A stretch of 64,000 nucleotides of DNA from Lingula anatina (taxonomy: Eukaryota > Animalia > Brachiopoda), in contig CM120640.1 of NCBI GenBank assembly GCA_051362555.1, forward strand, positions 28,048,503 through 28,112,502, in the 5' to 3' direction. Of the stretch, positions 14,001 through 28,600 are shown in pieces. Made by a program: the position numbers and the translations under genes. Under the pieces are notes generated by a model. The model was not told where the DNA came from, did no database searches, and saw only the letters and a list, made by a program, of their open reading frames with translations. Positions within the stretch are counted from its first letter, which is position 1. Each line of letters begins with the position of its first letter.

Positions 14001-15444
14001 GATGTAATAGATTAGGTTAGACTCGTGTGCTGATACATTGTCATGCCAGTACCTGTAAAATTTCAGGGTATGAATATTCCTTTTCTCCATCACATCTTAC
14101 AGTATGGTTGTATGTGCCATCATCAAACACTTTACACTTATCAAGCACCTTGAAATCACTAGGATACTGTCTGGACATGTCTGATAATTGTTTACGATAG
14201 TCTGGTATGATTCCAGCTTGGGCAGAGATTGCCAGCCATCTTCTGTTTTCCCTGACATAAAAAGTTAGTAACTTGAATTATGTACTTTAATATTATATTC
14301 ATCAAACATCTATGTCATAAAAATTATAAAAGATAACTGTAATGTTTTCACTTTGATTCCATTATGCTAAAAAATAAATGAAAATATGTGCATGGAAGAC
14401 CAAATTAAAGTAGTAAATAAAATCTGTTGAATATTTTTTCACTTACAGATATGACTTCTTTGGCATCTTTTTATCAGACACCAATGGGTTATAAACTGGG
14501 ACTGAAACATCATATGTTCTTCTGTATGTAAAAGAAGAAAAACCTCCCCCAGCAATGATTGCCTTGTCATGTTTAACATCTAATACTGTATTAAAATCGG
14601 GAACACTTCCTGGCAGCATGTTGAACAGTAAATGGTTGATACCCTCATTCCATCTAAAAAAATAAAATTTAAAAACATTTTATGGACAAAACAACAAGAA
14701 CAGCTATATAAAGATGTAAACAAACCTTGAATTAAGTTCTGCATTTTTATTATTTAACCACTTTTTTCAATACTTAGACATATCATACAAAAGAGACTTG
14801 TCTTAAATAACATTTCTTATTTATGTAAAAAACATCTTTACATTAAAGACATTTTGTCTAAACACAATTCAAAATTACTACAACATTCAATACAACAAGT
14901 ATGCATATACTTACCTCGGCATTGATGCTAAAACTTGGGATGTTTCATCAACTCTTAGTTTGTTCTGATTCAATAAATCAATAGGTGGTACAATTAAGCA
15001 AGCATCATTGGGACTAGAAGTAAAGTATTCGCTCTCGACTATTGCTTCAAGAATCTCAAAGTACTCTTGTGACAGAGGCAGTGTTATTGATATTCCATTT
15101 TCATCAACATATTTTGTGAGAGGAGAAATATACACTTTGATTCTGTGGTCTCCATCATTGTCTCCACATCCATAGACGTCAAAACAGGTGTGATATATGC
15201 AGTCGCTGTCTCTTTCTTTTGCCAGAGGGGCAGTTGATTTTATTACCACAGATTGAGCATTTCTTTCTAGTTTGTGAAGACTATTTAAGTCTCTTCTTTC
15301 TCTTGCTTTCCCTGTGAATGTGTTTGGCCAAAACTGAACAAAAGCTGTTACCAGAAGGAATATCAAAATAATAAGAAATAAAATAATGTAATGTGTCCTG
15401 TATCTGTTGGAAACAAGCCTGGTAGATCTTGATCTTGTTGGCAT
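11089..15444 (-). CDS. EXT2: Exostosin-2, heparan sulfate co-polymerase (GT47+GT64), 9 coding exons, ~715 aa
   Basis: Exons 15444-14915, 14653-14447, 14251-14053, 13746-13607, 13346-13121, 12814-12631, 12449-12283, 11916-11773 and 11439-11089 total 2148 nt in frame. Features: type II TM anchor, [25 protein letters not shown] (DxD motif), [40 protein letters not shown]. Confidence 0.96.
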
Positions 15445-15879
15445 TTTGAGAACTACAACTGTTAAGTACAATCCAGATGTTTTATGCAAGTTGTTTCATT
15501 TCAGTTATTCCATACTGTCATGAAATGATAATCTGAAAGTAATATAGTTAAAAAATAGCACATCAAACTTTTATGTCACTACGATAGATAGGAATAATAA
15601 CAACGAACAACCTTCATAAAATATATCCACAGATAAAAAACAAGTCTAAAACTATTGAATGGAAGTGGAATTGCAAGCAAAACTTACACGAAAGTTACCA
15701 TTAACGACATAGTTACTCAATGTGACTTTGTTTTTATTTTTTTATTACACAGTACTTGTACTAGTAGACTCTACGCTGACGTCTGTTAAAAGTAATATAG
15801 GAAATGTCAATTCGGTTAGGTTGTGAACTGAAAACTCAACGCTCTTGTTAGTGTATGTGATGTGGTGAACTCCGTACAA

Positions 15880-16307
15880 CTAGTATATTACCTGAGCAAT
15901 AATCATTTTTGGTCTTTTTGTCTGTTTTTACTACTTCCGCTCCAAAAGCAAGCCCGCAGCAAAAAACAGGTGCGCAATAAACATAAATAAAGAAAGAACA
16001 AAACAATTAAAAATAATAACACCACTCCAAAAATATGCAAAATTGATTAAATAAATTACAGATTATAGACTACATGATGTTGTTTTTCGTCAATGACCTC
16101 TATTGGAAAAAATCCACTGGGAATGCTCAACGACTGTTCCAGCTGCGCTGCCAATCGATTGGTTGTGTCATCAACGAAATGGCGGCGACCAGCAAAGCTT
16201 CAAATTCTTAAATGCTCGAGTCAATCTTCAACTTGTTCCGATAGCGTGGAATACTCAATATGCCGTGAAGGACTTGGAACTAAAGTGGCACTGGAAGTTA
16301 CTGTAAA
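15880..16307. promoter_or_regulatory. Bidirectional promoter and 5' UTR region shared by EXT2 (-) and DAGLA (+)
   Basis: The start codons are 864 bp apart in head-to-head orientation and the region is locally CpG-rich. Motifs: ETS-like ACTTCCG ~15933, palindromic CCAATCGATTGG 16151-16162, YY1-like AAATGGCGGC 16177-16186. A likely EXT2 non-coding exon donor lies at ~15891 and its acceptor at 15533. Confidence 0.7.
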
Positions 16308-19300
16308 ATGCCTGGTCTGGTCGTTTTTAATCGGCGTTGGTCGATTGGCTCAGATGATCTGGTGATATCGGCCTCTGCTTTAGCGATTCTTCACTTAATC
16401 TGGTAAGCTAAACCTCTGATGCGTCTTCCATGCAATTTGTATCGACTGTTTGATAAGTTATATATGTTTCTTATCCGAAAACAATTCATTATACTGTTGT
16501 GCCTTCTGGTATTGCTCGTAGGTGGAGGTTGTCGCGTCACAACAGTACATTACATAATTATTCAAAGATCCAATTTCAATGTAATTGTCAACAATAATAT
16601 CGTGTCACCAGCACCAGCAAATGCCATTAATTTTGTTCATTGCTTACATTAGCCAAAAATTCTACATGCATTTTGTTTAGAAACTCAGATTAAGTTTTTT
16701 TTCTTGTCAGTTGATTGAAATAAAAATGGGGAAATAAAGTTGATTGCTTTCAATTTACCAACACCAGGTCTATTGTTCAGGTTGGATATGTTCTGATACC
16801 CAGTATATTAGTTTTGGTTGTTTTAATCCTTCAGCATATTTTTTTCTTCAAAGTAAAGAAAAAAGTGATTATTATTCAACTTGGCAAATGAATTACTTAT
16901 GTGCCCTTTGTATGAGTTGGTTGCATGTGACATCATGAGCAGCAAATTGACCTGACTATGTGGTGGCTGGTAAAAAGAAACCAAGTTCTTAGGATAAACA
17001 TGCAATCCTATGATAAAAAATGATAAGTTGGGATTCTGCCAATATTACCTGGTACAGTAAAAAAAACTCATTTGTTTAACACATAAAGGACCCCCTTTTT
17101 AAATACCCTAAATGTCTGCTCCAATATGAATTTTATCATATTTGGTCATAGACGATTACCATTTTACCAATTTCCCTACTTCTCCACTGCAGTGCTTGAT
17201 TGGTTGGCTGCTACTACATGTACATGTGCAAGTCCAGTCAATCTAAGCCATATGTGGCACATGATACCCCATCACAAGGTAGTTGCACATGTGACTCTTT
17301 GCATCGCGTTTAATTTAGATTACTCAAGGTGAAAAAAGCAAGATCAATACCCGATTCTGGGGTAGCACTAAAATTTTTTTTCGTGTAGACAAATCTTTAC
17401 TTTTTCATCACTTTTTTCTCTTAATAGTTTAAATTTGATAAAAACAAGTCAAATCAACCCTATTTTGTTAAGCCAGCATAAATCAGTTTTAGCATTTGGC
17501 TAAATTGAGGAGTGTTAGCACCACCCAGATGTTTTCTAAGCTTTCTGCAATAACTTTTACATGTACATTATACTACATTTTTTAAAAGTGTTTTTGGATT
17601 GTGCTGTCATGTTTAGAAAGAGTTATATATTTCAGATTGTGATGGCACTGAGTATTATAGAATCTTATAATCAAATTAAAAAGTGTAGCTTATAGTTGGA
17701 TATGATTTCTAAAAAAGTGAAATGGATTTTTATTCAAGTACATGTATAGTACTAGGTCTCATTAAGATTTCATGGCAAAAAGGCAATAAGGACAGTGAGT
17801 CTCTTTCTTAGTATATGAAAATTGATAAAGGTTGTCGCAATAATTGATATTATTAGTATTATTATGGTAAAAATGGAATTAAGTAGATTAACACCTGTGT
17901 TTCAGAACAGAGATAAAGATAATACCAATTTAATAATAATGGTTTTAAGTGATCAGTTTTGTGAAAGTTGATCTGCATGTTAGTTTCTGTGTTTCAAGTC
18001 TTAGATTCGATTTTTGTCCAATTTAGGTCATATGCAGACTTCTCATACTTTTTATTACTCTCAAAGCAGGGTGCAAAACATAATCGTATGGCCACATGCC
18101 AAGTTTTGCATGGTCCTAAATAAATGTCCAAAGAAAGTAAAAGGTCATACTTGCCCATTGGGTGTGTGACAGGACTAGCCAGAGCAAAAATGCATAAAAG
18201 TTTAATCTGCACCCTGTTGAAGAACACTGAAGCATGTGCTAGTTGTACTGCTTGTATTGTTACCTGACAATATACCTGAACATATCTGCTGCTAAATCGT
18301 ATCCAGATGAACCTGTCTTCAGAACAGTACTCTCTATATTATGGAAGTATAAATATAAAGCTGTCATACTGATTTTCCTATTTTCCCCAAATGCATATAT
18401 ATCAACTTGAATAAACAGTCTTATTTGCAATGCAAGTTCTTTGTATAAAGCCATGGCATTTGTTCTGATGAATAAAAGATTTGAAACACTGGGAAAATAA
18501 TATGGATATTGTCTAATATGAATTTAAATGGTATATTCTAGCCAGCTGGTCACACAGAAGTCCCTGTTTGGAAAATTGACTAATTTCATTAGCTCAAAAG
18601 AATAATTGTCTCTTGGAAGATTTGCCAGAGGGACTGACTGTGATTTATTTTTCATATAAAATGTTGGAGGAAATAAGATGCAGTTGTGAATATGGTACAA
18701 GCAGTTGATTTATATTGGAATTAAGTAGTGCTTTGGGGTTTGATTATTAATTGCATGACAGCCCACATTAACTGTTATCTGATTTGTTGCAAATTATATT
18801 ACGAGCAACACTGGGGCAGATAAAATGATAATTTCAGCATCATTGTGAACATTTATCAATTTATTTCATTATTGGTCCCTAAAGCATGTGAGAAATTTGC
18901 TGAATATATTGATGTTTTTCTGTTTTAAAGTGATAGAGCAGAATGTGTGCAGGTCCTGTGAACCTCTATAATGTTAAACATGATGGCAGTTGTCATAGCT
19001 GTGATAGTGGAACTAAGTGCCCACTTTTGTATGTTATATAATATATGGTCATTTATGTAGTGGTATGCACCTCTCGTGCCCAATTATTTGATAATTCTTA
19101 GTACATTCTTTTCAGTTTCTGTATCATACCAAATCCTTTTATTGCCCCTGCTGTTGCAGTGTTTAGGACTTAAATGGCCAGAAAATACTGGTAAAGGTTA
19201 ATCTTTTGATGTCCTTAGTTTTGAGATTTTGGGCATGATGATTTTTTTAGACAGCAGCCCTAATTTATGGCAGTAAAAAAAGAGAAGAGATGTTCCATTG

Positions 19301-19598
19301 ACATACTTTGAAGTGAATAATGTGCTGTACTTTTGTAATTTATCACACGCACCTGAGGTCCGCCTACCTTAATATAATCAATTTCATGAAGTGAAGTGTG
19401 TGTGTGAACTAGAGTTGCCATTGCTTTTTCTGCTTCCTTTAAATATGTATTGCTTTAAATGGATGAAACCTTTTAAGTTTATTAATTTTTTTTTATTAAA
19501 GCCTGAAACATTTGAACGATAGCAGAGTGTCACACAAGCATTACAATGAAGAAAGGAAAATGCATACATTTGAGCATTTGTTATTTTAAGATTTTCAT

Positions 19599-19630
<32 letters not shown>

Positions 19631-22600
19631 ATTTTGTGGTTACTAGTAAATAATTGCTGGTTTTATTCCAGCTAGAAGTTCTTGTTTAACCATTTAGTCA
19701 AAGCTTTTATGTAAATCAATATTTTAGTGAAAGGGAGAAAATGAACAAAATTTCTAAGGTAAATCTGCATCCTTAAATTTCTTTAGAGAGTATTTGTTTA
19801 ACCATTAGCCAAAATATAATGTATATGAGTGGCAAACAGGCAGATGTATTCTGTGAATTTTTTCCAGAACACCTAGGTCAATTTATTTCAGTTTGTTGTC
19901 ACTGTCAAACTGGGATATATGGCTGTCCATTGAAGTGAGATGACAAATGCAGCCAGCATTTACTTTGAGCTCCACTTTATGCACAGAAACCATAGGATTG
20001 TGTTCATTTCCATTCTCAGTCCCATGGGAAAACCCCACTTGTGTAAGCCTAAGCCTCATTTGAGAGGTACAAAAAGGAAGAAGCGAATGGACTCAAGGAG
20101 ATGAATTATATCAATTCTGTTTGATTTAAAAGCAAGTCTTTTAGGTGACTCATGGTAAACATTTGGTGTCATTTGAAACCAAATGTCACATAAAAACTGT
20201 TTCACCAGGAATATCTATGAAATGATATATACAAGTTTATTACACAGTGCACTGCAAGATAAATAAATGGCTGATCTGTATCTGTTCTATATCTGTAATT
20301 ATGCACTAAAACTGAATCAGTACTGAATTAGCATGAGTTTCTTAAAAATAACCAATTGTTCTTTATGTAAGCTGTGGTAGCTAGATATTCAGTGGACATT
20401 AATTTCAAATTCAAAATCAACCTTTTATTGCCATCAACTTTATCTTGATTTAATACCAATATGCAAGTAACATTTTCTTTTTCATCAAAACAGAAAGCAA
20501 TTTACACGACAATTGCAATATCCGCTCTTGTGAATTATGATTCTAGAGATCTGCTCTCATTGAAAATGCTGTTAATCTACCATTAGGCACTCCCACACTA
20601 ATTGAGGACCATTTTCAGCTTATTGACAAATTATAGGTGTTTGGTATCATTACTGGTTTTTTCTTTGCATACAGGCAAGTGATTAATTGAATAAAAACTT
20701 GTTGATAAACATCAAATAGGGTTTAGTGGGTGCTTGACAATTATATTGCAATGGGCAATCTATGATTTTATGATATGAACTTGTTCAGCAGAGAATTTTC
20801 ACAGATATTGCCTAGTTGTGAAGAAATGCTATGATATGTCAGAGGCTGAACATGTGTTGCAAACTTGCTTTAAAAGCTGCTCGTTTATTATCATGATCTT
20901 TAATAATAATTAATATAAAATATAAATAAAATAAAAAATATACTATAGAAAATGTTCAGACATACAATGCACAGGAAGTAGAATGTTGAGCATAAGGCAC
21001 AACAAACCCAAGATTGTAAATTGTATATATTTCATGAAGGTTATATTATTTGAAATACCCACTTTGCTTTATGTGGTAAAAAGCATCTGAAGTGTTCATC
21101 ACAAAATGAAGGGTTTTGACAAGCTTTTTTTTTTCAAAATATGATTACTTATAAAGCGAAAATTGCTTCACCTTGAATGTGTTAAACATTGGTTCCATTA
21201 GAATCCCTAGGCTAATTTCTACAGGGATTTAAAGTGAAAGCCAAATAGTTTACCCTTTGGAAACATCCCTATTTTCTACAAATCCTATCAAAATAAACAG
21301 CTGGGGACAGGTGGGTTTGTAACCCAAATAGCCCCAGGAGCTGTTCTTTGCTATTTGATTTTAAAAACAAGTGACTTATGGCTGTGAATGCTTTCCTTTT
21401 TTCTTATATCAGGCTCTATCAGAAACTAGAAATATGGAAATTAGAACTTTATAATTTAGAAAATGGAATAAGGCTCAGTTATGTCATTGAATTTTAGGTT
21501 ATGCTCACTACAGCATAATGTTAATAATTAGCATTAATATGTTGATCAAATGCTTAAGATGGAGAGGGTGCTCAAGAAAGCCCACATTTATTTTTGATCA
21601 GTGTAGGTAAACAAAGCAAAATATAGATAAATAACAATTATAAACACCAGTACACATCTAAGCAACTTTTTTATTTCATATAATATATATAATATAATGT
21701 TTATTGTCAAAACAAGCTTTATGTATGAAATGCATTAGGGTTATGATGGAATGCATGTTAACCTCTAGCATATCTATATTAGTAAATACGATAACATATG
21801 TTACGGCCTATATTAACCCTGATAGTTTACCAGCTAATGAACTTTCCAGATCTGAGAGGTGGAGATTTTTCAGTATTCTGCATACCAGATCACACAGCCA
21901 AACACTATCTGTGCTTCAGGTTGTTGCAAGTGGAAGTTCGGTAGATATACCCGCTGAATACATTACTATCGTTGTTCTTGTCGGTATTCAAAATATCTGC
22001 TGACGTAACACAATGTGTTTTTTTTTTTCTTTTTGTCTTATGTGTTGAAATTAGATATCTGGTTTAAAATGTGACTGTTGCAAAGCCCCCCCCCCCCATC
22101 CCCTCTCCATTCCACATACACGTATCACATTTTAAAATGTACATAAGAAAAAAATGCTTTAAATTATAAGCACTATGTATTACTACATTTGTTTACCCCA
22201 TGAGGTCATAAGAATCTCAAGAGAAGGTAACGTTGTTCTCAAGCAATTAGTGCATTTCTGAAGGGACTACCTTTTTGTCCACTGCTCCAAGGAGTGGCCT
22301 GTTACCTGAGGTATATAGTAGCAGGCATGCCACTGGGTGCAGCACTTCAAAGCTTTCTTGGAAGAGTTTTTTCTTGTCCCTTCTTTGCTCTAGGATGTTG
22401 TAGTTACTTCATTTGACCTGACTGACTTTCTACAATAATGATAAGACTGCATGTCATCTTCCTGAGATATGATTCTTCAGTAAACATTAGCACCATGCAT
22501 TATTTTTAAAAAATGTAGCAGCTATTTGAGACAATATCAGTATCCCTTTTTAGTGACAGAATACTGATTTATTGTCAGTTGCATCTTCATTAGTGGAATG

Positions 22601-25600
22601 TTTCTTCATTACTGTGCAACAACCTGGCTTTTATATTTATATTTTATTGGCAGTAATCTAGAAAGGCAGTGTATTTTTCTGCTTGAAATAGATGGAAATA
22701 ATGATTTGGTTATATAAGTTCCTATGAAAAGAAATAAAAGAAGATAATAGCCATAGATAGACTGAAGAGGTAACAATATGGATATCAACTGTGGGAATCA
22801 GCTCAGAGCCTTGTGACTTAGCATAAGTCTAGTGAGATTTCACAAGGGTGAAGCAATAATTAAATAAATGATTTACAACAGAATTTATGTCATTTTCTCT
22901 TTAGTTTTTTTTTTAGAATTCCAGTCTATTGCACTATAGTCTTGTGTCTCAATTGACCATGTTTTGTGTGTCACTTTTATATCTCTTTCGAAGACTTAAT
23001 TTCTAGCAATGCGAGTTTTACTTTTATCACAGAAAAGTTAATCCTAGGGTACCTCATGCACATTTTCATACATTTTTGAGACTGGTTTGATTCCCATTGC
23101 AATATTTTAATTTTTGTGCCTTTGACTCCTGCTGAGCATACCAGACGATGTTTTAAAGATTAAATAGTTGACTCCAGCAAAAACACATTAACGGTTCCTC
23201 GGTTTAAGCCAAAAACAAGACCAAATAATAAACAGGTACCACTTAATGGAAAGAAATCCTCTAACCTGTGGCATACACATATAAAAATGTAGAATTTTCA
23301 TTTGTGTATTGCAACACAAATCCTTTATAATGCGCTTGCGTGTACACAATAATGGAAACTGTGAATGTTTTATTAAGAGACTTTATAATAAATCTTTTTT
23401 GATTTTCTCTGAATGTGTGACAGCCCATCTATTTGGAAAATGGTGAAATGTTAATTAAAAAAGCATTGCTTTGCAGTAGGAGACAATCTGTCAGAATATC
23501 TATTTCAAATAGACTTTTTGAAAGTATTGAAAGAAATCAGCATGAGAAACGATAAGGTGCCCAGATGGATGATGAAAACGCTTAGCTATGTGTCATTTTC
23601 AAAGTGTTCTCAGAGGATTTATTGAATGAGAACAGCAAGACCACAAGAAAACTGATGAATTGATGTTTCTTGGTGCATGTGTTGATAGTAGGTGAAGACT
23701 ACTAGGAATTTATTTAGTTCCATTTCCTGAGTTTTCTACAATCAGAAGATGGGTTATTTACTCCTAACCACTTTCACACTGATATAAGAAAAAATCAGTT
23801 ATTGTTTTTCTAGTACAGACTTATTTCAGATTTTATAAGTTATGATGAAAGCTGATTTTTTTACTTTATGTCAAACTTGAGCTCAGTGCCCCATGCAAAA
23901 ACCATTTAAAATGGTTTTTGATTTTAGTAGGCTCATTTATCTTAGCTGTTTTTAAGTCATTATTTTTCAAGTTTCAAGGTACAGTAGCAAGCTTAATATT
24001 ATAAATAAAGAACATTAGATATATTGCTGTTTTTATCAGTGAAATAAAACAGTAGGGTTACTAACTATACTCTTAGACTGAGTTCCCACAAAGTTAGATC
24101 GATCCATCTGGTTCGACCTAACTCCCTGGGGGTTCGCACAAAATTGTTGTCAGCTTCGGGGAACTTAGCTTGCACAAAAGTTAATTACCCCCTTACAGCT
24201 TTTAGTAGGCGGTCAAACAATTAAGCCGGTTAAGCTGACAACAATCTAGTCAGACTTCCCAGGGGGATAGATTGATCTAAATATCTGTGGGAATAGCCTC
24301 TAAGTTAAGAATACAACAGGCTACCTGTTTACACCTGCACATGTAATCAAGATGTTACGAAATACTTGATCATGTTTATGTGGGTACATGGTACAGGTAA
24401 TGAGTTACCTAATTCTGATACAACCACACTGAGGGAGTTGCAAACCTGAGGTAGAGTTCAGACATGAGCTTTTTCTATGGAAACGCAAAATTCCACATTT
24501 TTTAATTACACCTAGGCTCATGTCTGTAAGTTGGACTAAACAAAATAGAGTTGATTTGATTTGTTTTAGCCAAATTTAAACCATTTGGAGAAAAAATGAT
24601 GAAAAAGTTGTGATTTGGCTGAGCGAAAAAAAAAAATTCTGGCGCTACCCCAACAAAACAACATTGCCAGACAAGGGGTATAGTCACAGCTGCTTTGTTA
24701 ATTAGACCCCCCCCCCCAACAAGTTGTGCCTGCTCGCGTGGACAAAATTACCAAATTTGGTAATGTTCATGATGCTAGTGAGGAATTTTGGAAAATTATG
24801 GCTGTGCAAAATGCAGTTTGATTTTCCTTTTAATAGATTCCATGAATCATTGTGTGAAGCAAATCCTTCAAAAAACTGATGATGAATTAAAATTGATAAA
24901 AAGGAAGAAATGAGGAGTAAGATTGCTGGGCTAACAAATTTATCTACACTATTGTTTGAATTTGACTATATTTATTCATAATTGATATTATATATAATTT
25001 TTAAATATATAAAACTTTATATTTCAGGCTGATTTTCCTCTCCGTGTGTTATGAGCTGATAGATTTCGACCAACCAACTGACTGTACAGGGGATCTGGGA
25101 AAAGGTCTACTTGGCTACATCGCCATTTTAGCTTTTAGCGTGGCATTTGAAATCCTGATAGCATGGGTCAGCACCAGAGGCACTATACTGGATGTCAGAC
25201 CCAGGTCCAGCATGCCGTACCTGCTATATGCCAGGCTGGGTAAGGTTAAGTCAGTGTTAGACTGGGTTCCCACAGATTTAGATCGATCCATCTGGATCGA
25301 CCTAACTCCCTGGGGGTTCATCCTAAATTGCTGTCAGCCGAGCGCGCACGAAAGTTAATTAGCGCCTTACAGCTTTTAGTAGGCAGGACAGACATTTAAG
25401 CCAGCTAAGCTGACAGCTATCTAGTGAGACTCCCCCTGGGGATAGATCGATCTAAAAATCTATGGGAATGCAGTCTAAGGGGATGGGAGGATTAGTCATA
25501 TAAATGTTATAAACATTATAATGATGAAAAGATCAAGCCTGTGATTTTTTCATACTATCAGCAAATTGTATTTATGCATTTTAAAATGTTTCAAGAAAGG

Positions 25601-28600
25601 TAGTGCAGTAATATTTAAGTCTGTTTAGTCATTTATCAAGATCTTGTGTGCCTGTAAATTTTTGAAGTCTGACTCACTTTAGTATACATTTCAACTTCAG
25701 TTATGCTGAAAGTACAAGAAAAATCAAATTATGCATCAGTTAAGGGTATCAAGATTGAGAATTTGCAATTTATTTATATACAGTAAAGGTATTTTGCCAA
25801 AGCAGTATTATAGTTGGAACATGTCTGGTCTATATTTCAGTTGTTCTGCTGGCAGAACTTGGCTGGATAATCTACGGCGCCATCTGGATGGCCAGCAGCT
25901 ACGACACCTGCCCAGACTCCGCAACCAAGCAAGCAAGTCTTGGTAAGAGCTCTGTCAATATAATATCAGAAAATTTACACACAACACCTACACAAAAAAA
26001 GAGCTGCTGTGAAATGTTCATGTAGGGAAGCACTGATTGATAAAAGGATATACAGAGACTACAGTATTACATAAGAGAAATTTATTTTCCTGGGGTTTAT
26101 CAGCTTTGGAATTTAAATGAGCAAAGAAATTGTGTGGAAGTGTTACCACTGCCTGATATGGTGTATGTTTGTAGAGCAAGGGGAATGTTTTATGGATGTT
26201 CTGTTAAAAGGAAGGGTTAAATTATTCCCTACTTAACATGCTCACAGTTTCCTTTATGAAATAATGAAATAAGGGTATGCTGGTGCAGGAAGATAGGAGT
26301 AAATTACCCTAAATGTAATGCTATTTTTTAATTGTAATGGTATGTTTATGATTGTTGTTTTGATAAATACCTTTTTTACTGTTTCTCGATGTTTGCTGAA
26401 AATAGAAAAAAATCAGTGCATGTGATCGGAATTTTTTTTTCTTGCTGTATTTTTCAAGAAATTTGTGCGTGTGTTTGAAGATATATGAGAAAATTGAATT
26501 TTGACGGTCTGGTGTGGTTAATCTTCTGTGTGTTGGGAGGGGGGGGGGCAGGGAGGACAGCACAGGCAGCATGTTGAATGGCATTTACAGTTTGCACATG
26601 TTTGCTGTTCAAGTAACACTAGATTAAAAATGCACTGGAAGTGACATAATTTGTTTTAGCTGTTTTAATGTGACAATTTCAATCCCTTTGACAGCACTTG
26701 GCACACTCATTTCATTAGTTTGCATGTTGAGACTAATTATCCCCAGTTTAATTTTGTAGTGTTTTATAATAGTTTATTATTATTTTTTTTAATATTCTAC
26801 AATGTTTGCTAGTTTTTCATCATTTGATTACGTAGTGTTGACATTATTATTTTCCCTAGCAACAATGCCTTACCTAGTACAAATATTTAAAAAAAGAAAA
26901 AAATAATTAAATGCAAAAAGCCATGCACATTATGCACAGGAAAAGGATTTTTCATTTACCTTGTATGTTTTTCAACCTTTGTTCTCAAGAGTATTTTTTA
27001 ATAGTGATGTAATTTATATAATGCTGGGGAAAACTGATCAACAGTTTTGTGCTATGTAAACCAGATAACTATAGCATATTAACACGTCCTTTCTAAGATA
27101 TTAAGTAAGCTTCAAAATCATTGTACTTTTCTGGCATGTTCCTTGTGATTGCAGACAGATCACTACTGGTAGTAGATTAATAGTTTGTGCTGCATTCTTT
27201 GATTGTGGACTTAGCCGTGCTATAATTAATTGTATGTTACTGTATCATTCATATACATGTTTGTAGTTGTTCTGTGCCAATACCACTTTCAGAAAATGTC
27301 ACCAAAAGGGCACTTTTGGGTAAGTGTATGTAACCGTGGACTTGTGGATCTGCATTTGTATTTATATCCAGGTGTTCAGCCTCTTGTTCCTGTATGCTCC
27401 ATCTTTTGCTAGTTCAGAATAGTTCAGAATGATCAAATTTTTTAACCATAATTACCATATTGTTGGAGAGCTGGTAGCATTTACTTAAATTTATACAATC
27501 CTTCCGCTTAAATGATATATTTTGGTGTCCTTGGGTTTCTTGGCTATCTGGGAATTGCTTTAAAATCAAATTTAGAACCTTTGTGCTTGTGATCTAATAT
27601 AGTCTTTATAAGTCTATAAGACTACTATAAGTTTATAAGACTATATATAGTCTAATATAAGTCTTTATCTTACACAAATATTTCATTCATCCTATAACGA
27701 ATTTGAATCGGACTCTTGGAAATCTCAGTATAGCATTTTGTTATCAAAGTAATATAACAGGCTTTAATCAGTGGTCTTGAATAAGACAGATTTTAGTAAT
27801 CCAAATACTTGTTCTTCTTTGTAAATAATACTTCAGCATAGTGTGATTTATCAGTTCATCACCACAGCCTGTGTGAATTTTTCATCAAATATTTACTTTC
27901 TACTTATTATTGATTTAGGTGTGCTCCATTAGTAGCATTCCTCTGCTATATCAAAATTCTCTTTTCCTGTCTTTTTGGAAAAAAAATCAGATAAAGAACG
28001 CTAATGCTAGATCAATACAGATATAAATCTGTCTTAATCCAATTTTATTCACAATTTGAGTGGCTCAAAGTTAATATTTCCTCATATAACTATGCATCAT
28101 TTGTCTTTGTTTTTTACTTTGCTGTGGACTCTTCCTTGACCTCAATATCGAGTTCAACATTTTACATATGATATGCTTTATTGACACATCACTAAGCACA
28201 TACATCAGAGTCACACCAACAGTATTGTTGTCTAGAATTTCATCTCTATTGATTTTATGATTGCCCAATGATACACAGAGGACATATCATAGCTAAAAGA
28301 CTGACGCTTAGCTTGTGTACATGTTTTAGCTTTTGTATCTTCAACGTGTCCAATTGGTATACAGTTGCCTCTGATATCTTTACTGAACATGGTGATAAAG
28401 AAATAAGAAAAATTTTCAATAAATTTTGCAATTTTTGGGGTATTGTATGTAACAGTTACTGTTAACACTAGCAATTTTTTACCTACAGCAATGATATGCT
28501 TTGGCTTGTGCATGATGAATGAATATAATTCCTGATCTTGAATATCAAGAATTGAACTTATGCAAAAGAAATTGGGCACATTCAAAAAGAAATTAACTTT

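Noticed and set aside
16093-16365. 90-aa ORF overlapping the DAGLA start
   Set aside because: Its ATG lies upstream of the CCAAT palindrome and probably of the TSS, and no homology is recognised.
16403-25027. Nested gene or microexon in the 8.6-kb DAGLA intron 1 (for example ORF 21704-22003)
   Set aside because: No convincing coding signal, splice-consistent exon chain or recognisable ncRNA could be seen.
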